DNA from: an uncultured delta proteobacterium
GTDB taxonomy: Bacteria > Desulfobacterota > Desulfobacteria > Desulfobacterales > JAFDCJ01
Direction: 5' to 3'
DNA: 64,000 bases
NCBI GenBank assembly: GCA_963769935.1
Contig: CAVYNY010000013.1
Span: 160,001 to 224,000, forward strand
The notes under the pieces are model-generated. The model worked only from the letters and a program-made list of their open reading frames with translations, made no database searches and had not been told where the DNA came from. Positions 62,822 to 64,000 of the stretch are shown in pieces (the stretch's first letter is position 1; every line of letters starts with the position of its first letter). Position numbers and translations under genes: made by a program.

Positions 62822-64000
62822 TCACGACGCTTCCAGAAACCGTCTCAACCGCTCCATGGCCGGTTCGAGGATGGACATGTCGGCGGCGTAGCAGAGCCGC
62901 AGGGATCCTTCGCCGCCGTTTCCGAAGGCCACACCGGGTGCCAGCGAGACCTTGGTCTCTTTGAGCAGGGATACCGCAAAAGAGAAGGAGTCTTGCAGAC
63001 CGTCGATTCTTGGAAACAAGTAAAATGCTCCTTCCGGCCGGGCAACCGATACCCCCTTGATGGTGCTCAAAGCCTGAAAGCAAAACTCGGCCCTCTCTCT
63101 CAAAGAGGCCACCATGGACTGCACGAAGGATTCACCCTGTCTCAGGGCAGCCTCGCCCGCGCGCTGGATCATGGAGGAGGCATGGGAGACAATGAACTCG
63201 TTGAGCTGAGTGGCCTTTTTGACCAAATCCGGCCGGGACACCACCCAGCCCAGCCTCCAGCCGGTCATGCAGTAACTCTTCGAAAATGATTGCACCACGA
63301 TGACGGCATCGTCCCGGGTGCACAGCCGCAGGATGGAAGGCGCCACCGGTCCGGCATAGTAGGTCCGTTCATAGACTTCGTCGGCCAGCAGCCACAATCG
63401 GTGACGACGGCAGAATTCCAACAGCGTTTGCTGATCCGACGGCCGGGCCACCCACCCGAGCGGATTGGAGGGTGAGGCATAGACCAGCAGCCTGGTTTTC
63501 GGAGTAACGGCCGCCTCCAGCGCGCGCATGTCAATGTCGTATCGATTAATGCTCCAGGTATAGGGAATTTCTCGCGGCGTTCCGTTGCAGAGTCCGACGA
63601 TGGCCGAACCGTTAGGCCAGTTGGGCGTGAGCACGATGGCTTCATCGCCCGGGTCCATCACGCATCGAGTAGCCACATTGAGTGCCTGGACTCCGGAGGC
63701 CGTGACCACGATTTCACGGCGGGGATCCAGTCGGACTTGATGAAGCTCGTCATATTTCTCGGCAATGGCTTGCCGCAGGCCGGGAAGCCCGGCATTTTCG
63801 GTGTAAAACGTGTATCCGTCCTTCATGGCCTGCATGGCCGCTTCCTTGATGAAATCGGGGGTGGGCAGGTTGGACTCACCGAAATGCAGACGCAGCACGC
63901 CCTCCATGCCGAAGGCCACATCCGCCAGTTCCCGAATGCGCGAAGGCATCACCCGGGACAAGCTGGATGCGAGTGGGATTGAACTCGTTGAATCCTTCAT
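62822..64000 (-). CDS. PLP-dependent aminotransferase class I/II
   Basis: SPSNPLG, ADEVY, SFSKSYCMTGWRLG, EGAFY; start lies at the window edge. Confidence 0.93.
   Translation of the reverse strand: MKDSTSSIPLASSLSRVMPSRIRELADVAFGMEGVLRLHFGESNLPTPDFIKEAAMQAMKDGYTFYTENAGLPGLRQAIAEKYDELHQVRLDPRREIVVTASGVQALNVATRCVMDPGDEAIVLTPNWPNGSAIVGLCNGTPREIPYTWSINRYDIDMRALEAAVTPKTRLLVYASPSNPLGWVARPSDQQTLLEFCRRHRLWLLADEVYERTYYAGPVAPSILRLCTRDDAVIVVQSFSKSYCMTGWRLGWVVSRPDLVKKATQLNEFIVSHASSMIQRAGEAALRQGESFVQSMVASLRERAEFCFQALSTIKGVSVARPEGAFYLFPRIDGLQDSFSFAVSLLKETKVSLAPGVAFGNGGEGSLRLCYAADMSILEPAMERLRRFLEAS

Overview
64 kb of chromosome whose gene content and intergenic repeat style suggest an anaerobic Desulfobacterales-like deltaproteobacterium (inference). 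The left half (1-30 kb) holds mostly intact genes. These include a thiol-redox trio with a UxxC selenoprotein, then a co-oriented cluster of antiporter, two sensor kinases, response regulator, USP and CMK-like gene leading into an F0-only ATP synthase gene set. That set encodes a 324-aa c subunit made of four fused hairpins, only two of which keep the ion-binding Glu, beside a normal Na+-type c subunit. A peptide ABC transporter follows. The right half (30-62 kb) is accessory-like and bracketed by two diverged tRNA-Phe 3' remnants. It carries a dNTP module (thyA, nrdA, a Chlamydia-type class Ic nrdB, folA, NrdR boxes), a TIR-TM-FGE protein whose C-terminus looks like a DGR variable region, a Ugp-like ABC transporter, three toxin-antitoxin pairs, a MITE, transposase relics, SulP+USP, and a heavily frameshifted high-GC DUF499/DUF1156 locus. 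No rRNA, intact tRNA, CRISPR array, integrase or reverse transcriptase was seen. All family calls come from reading motifs by eye, not from database searches.
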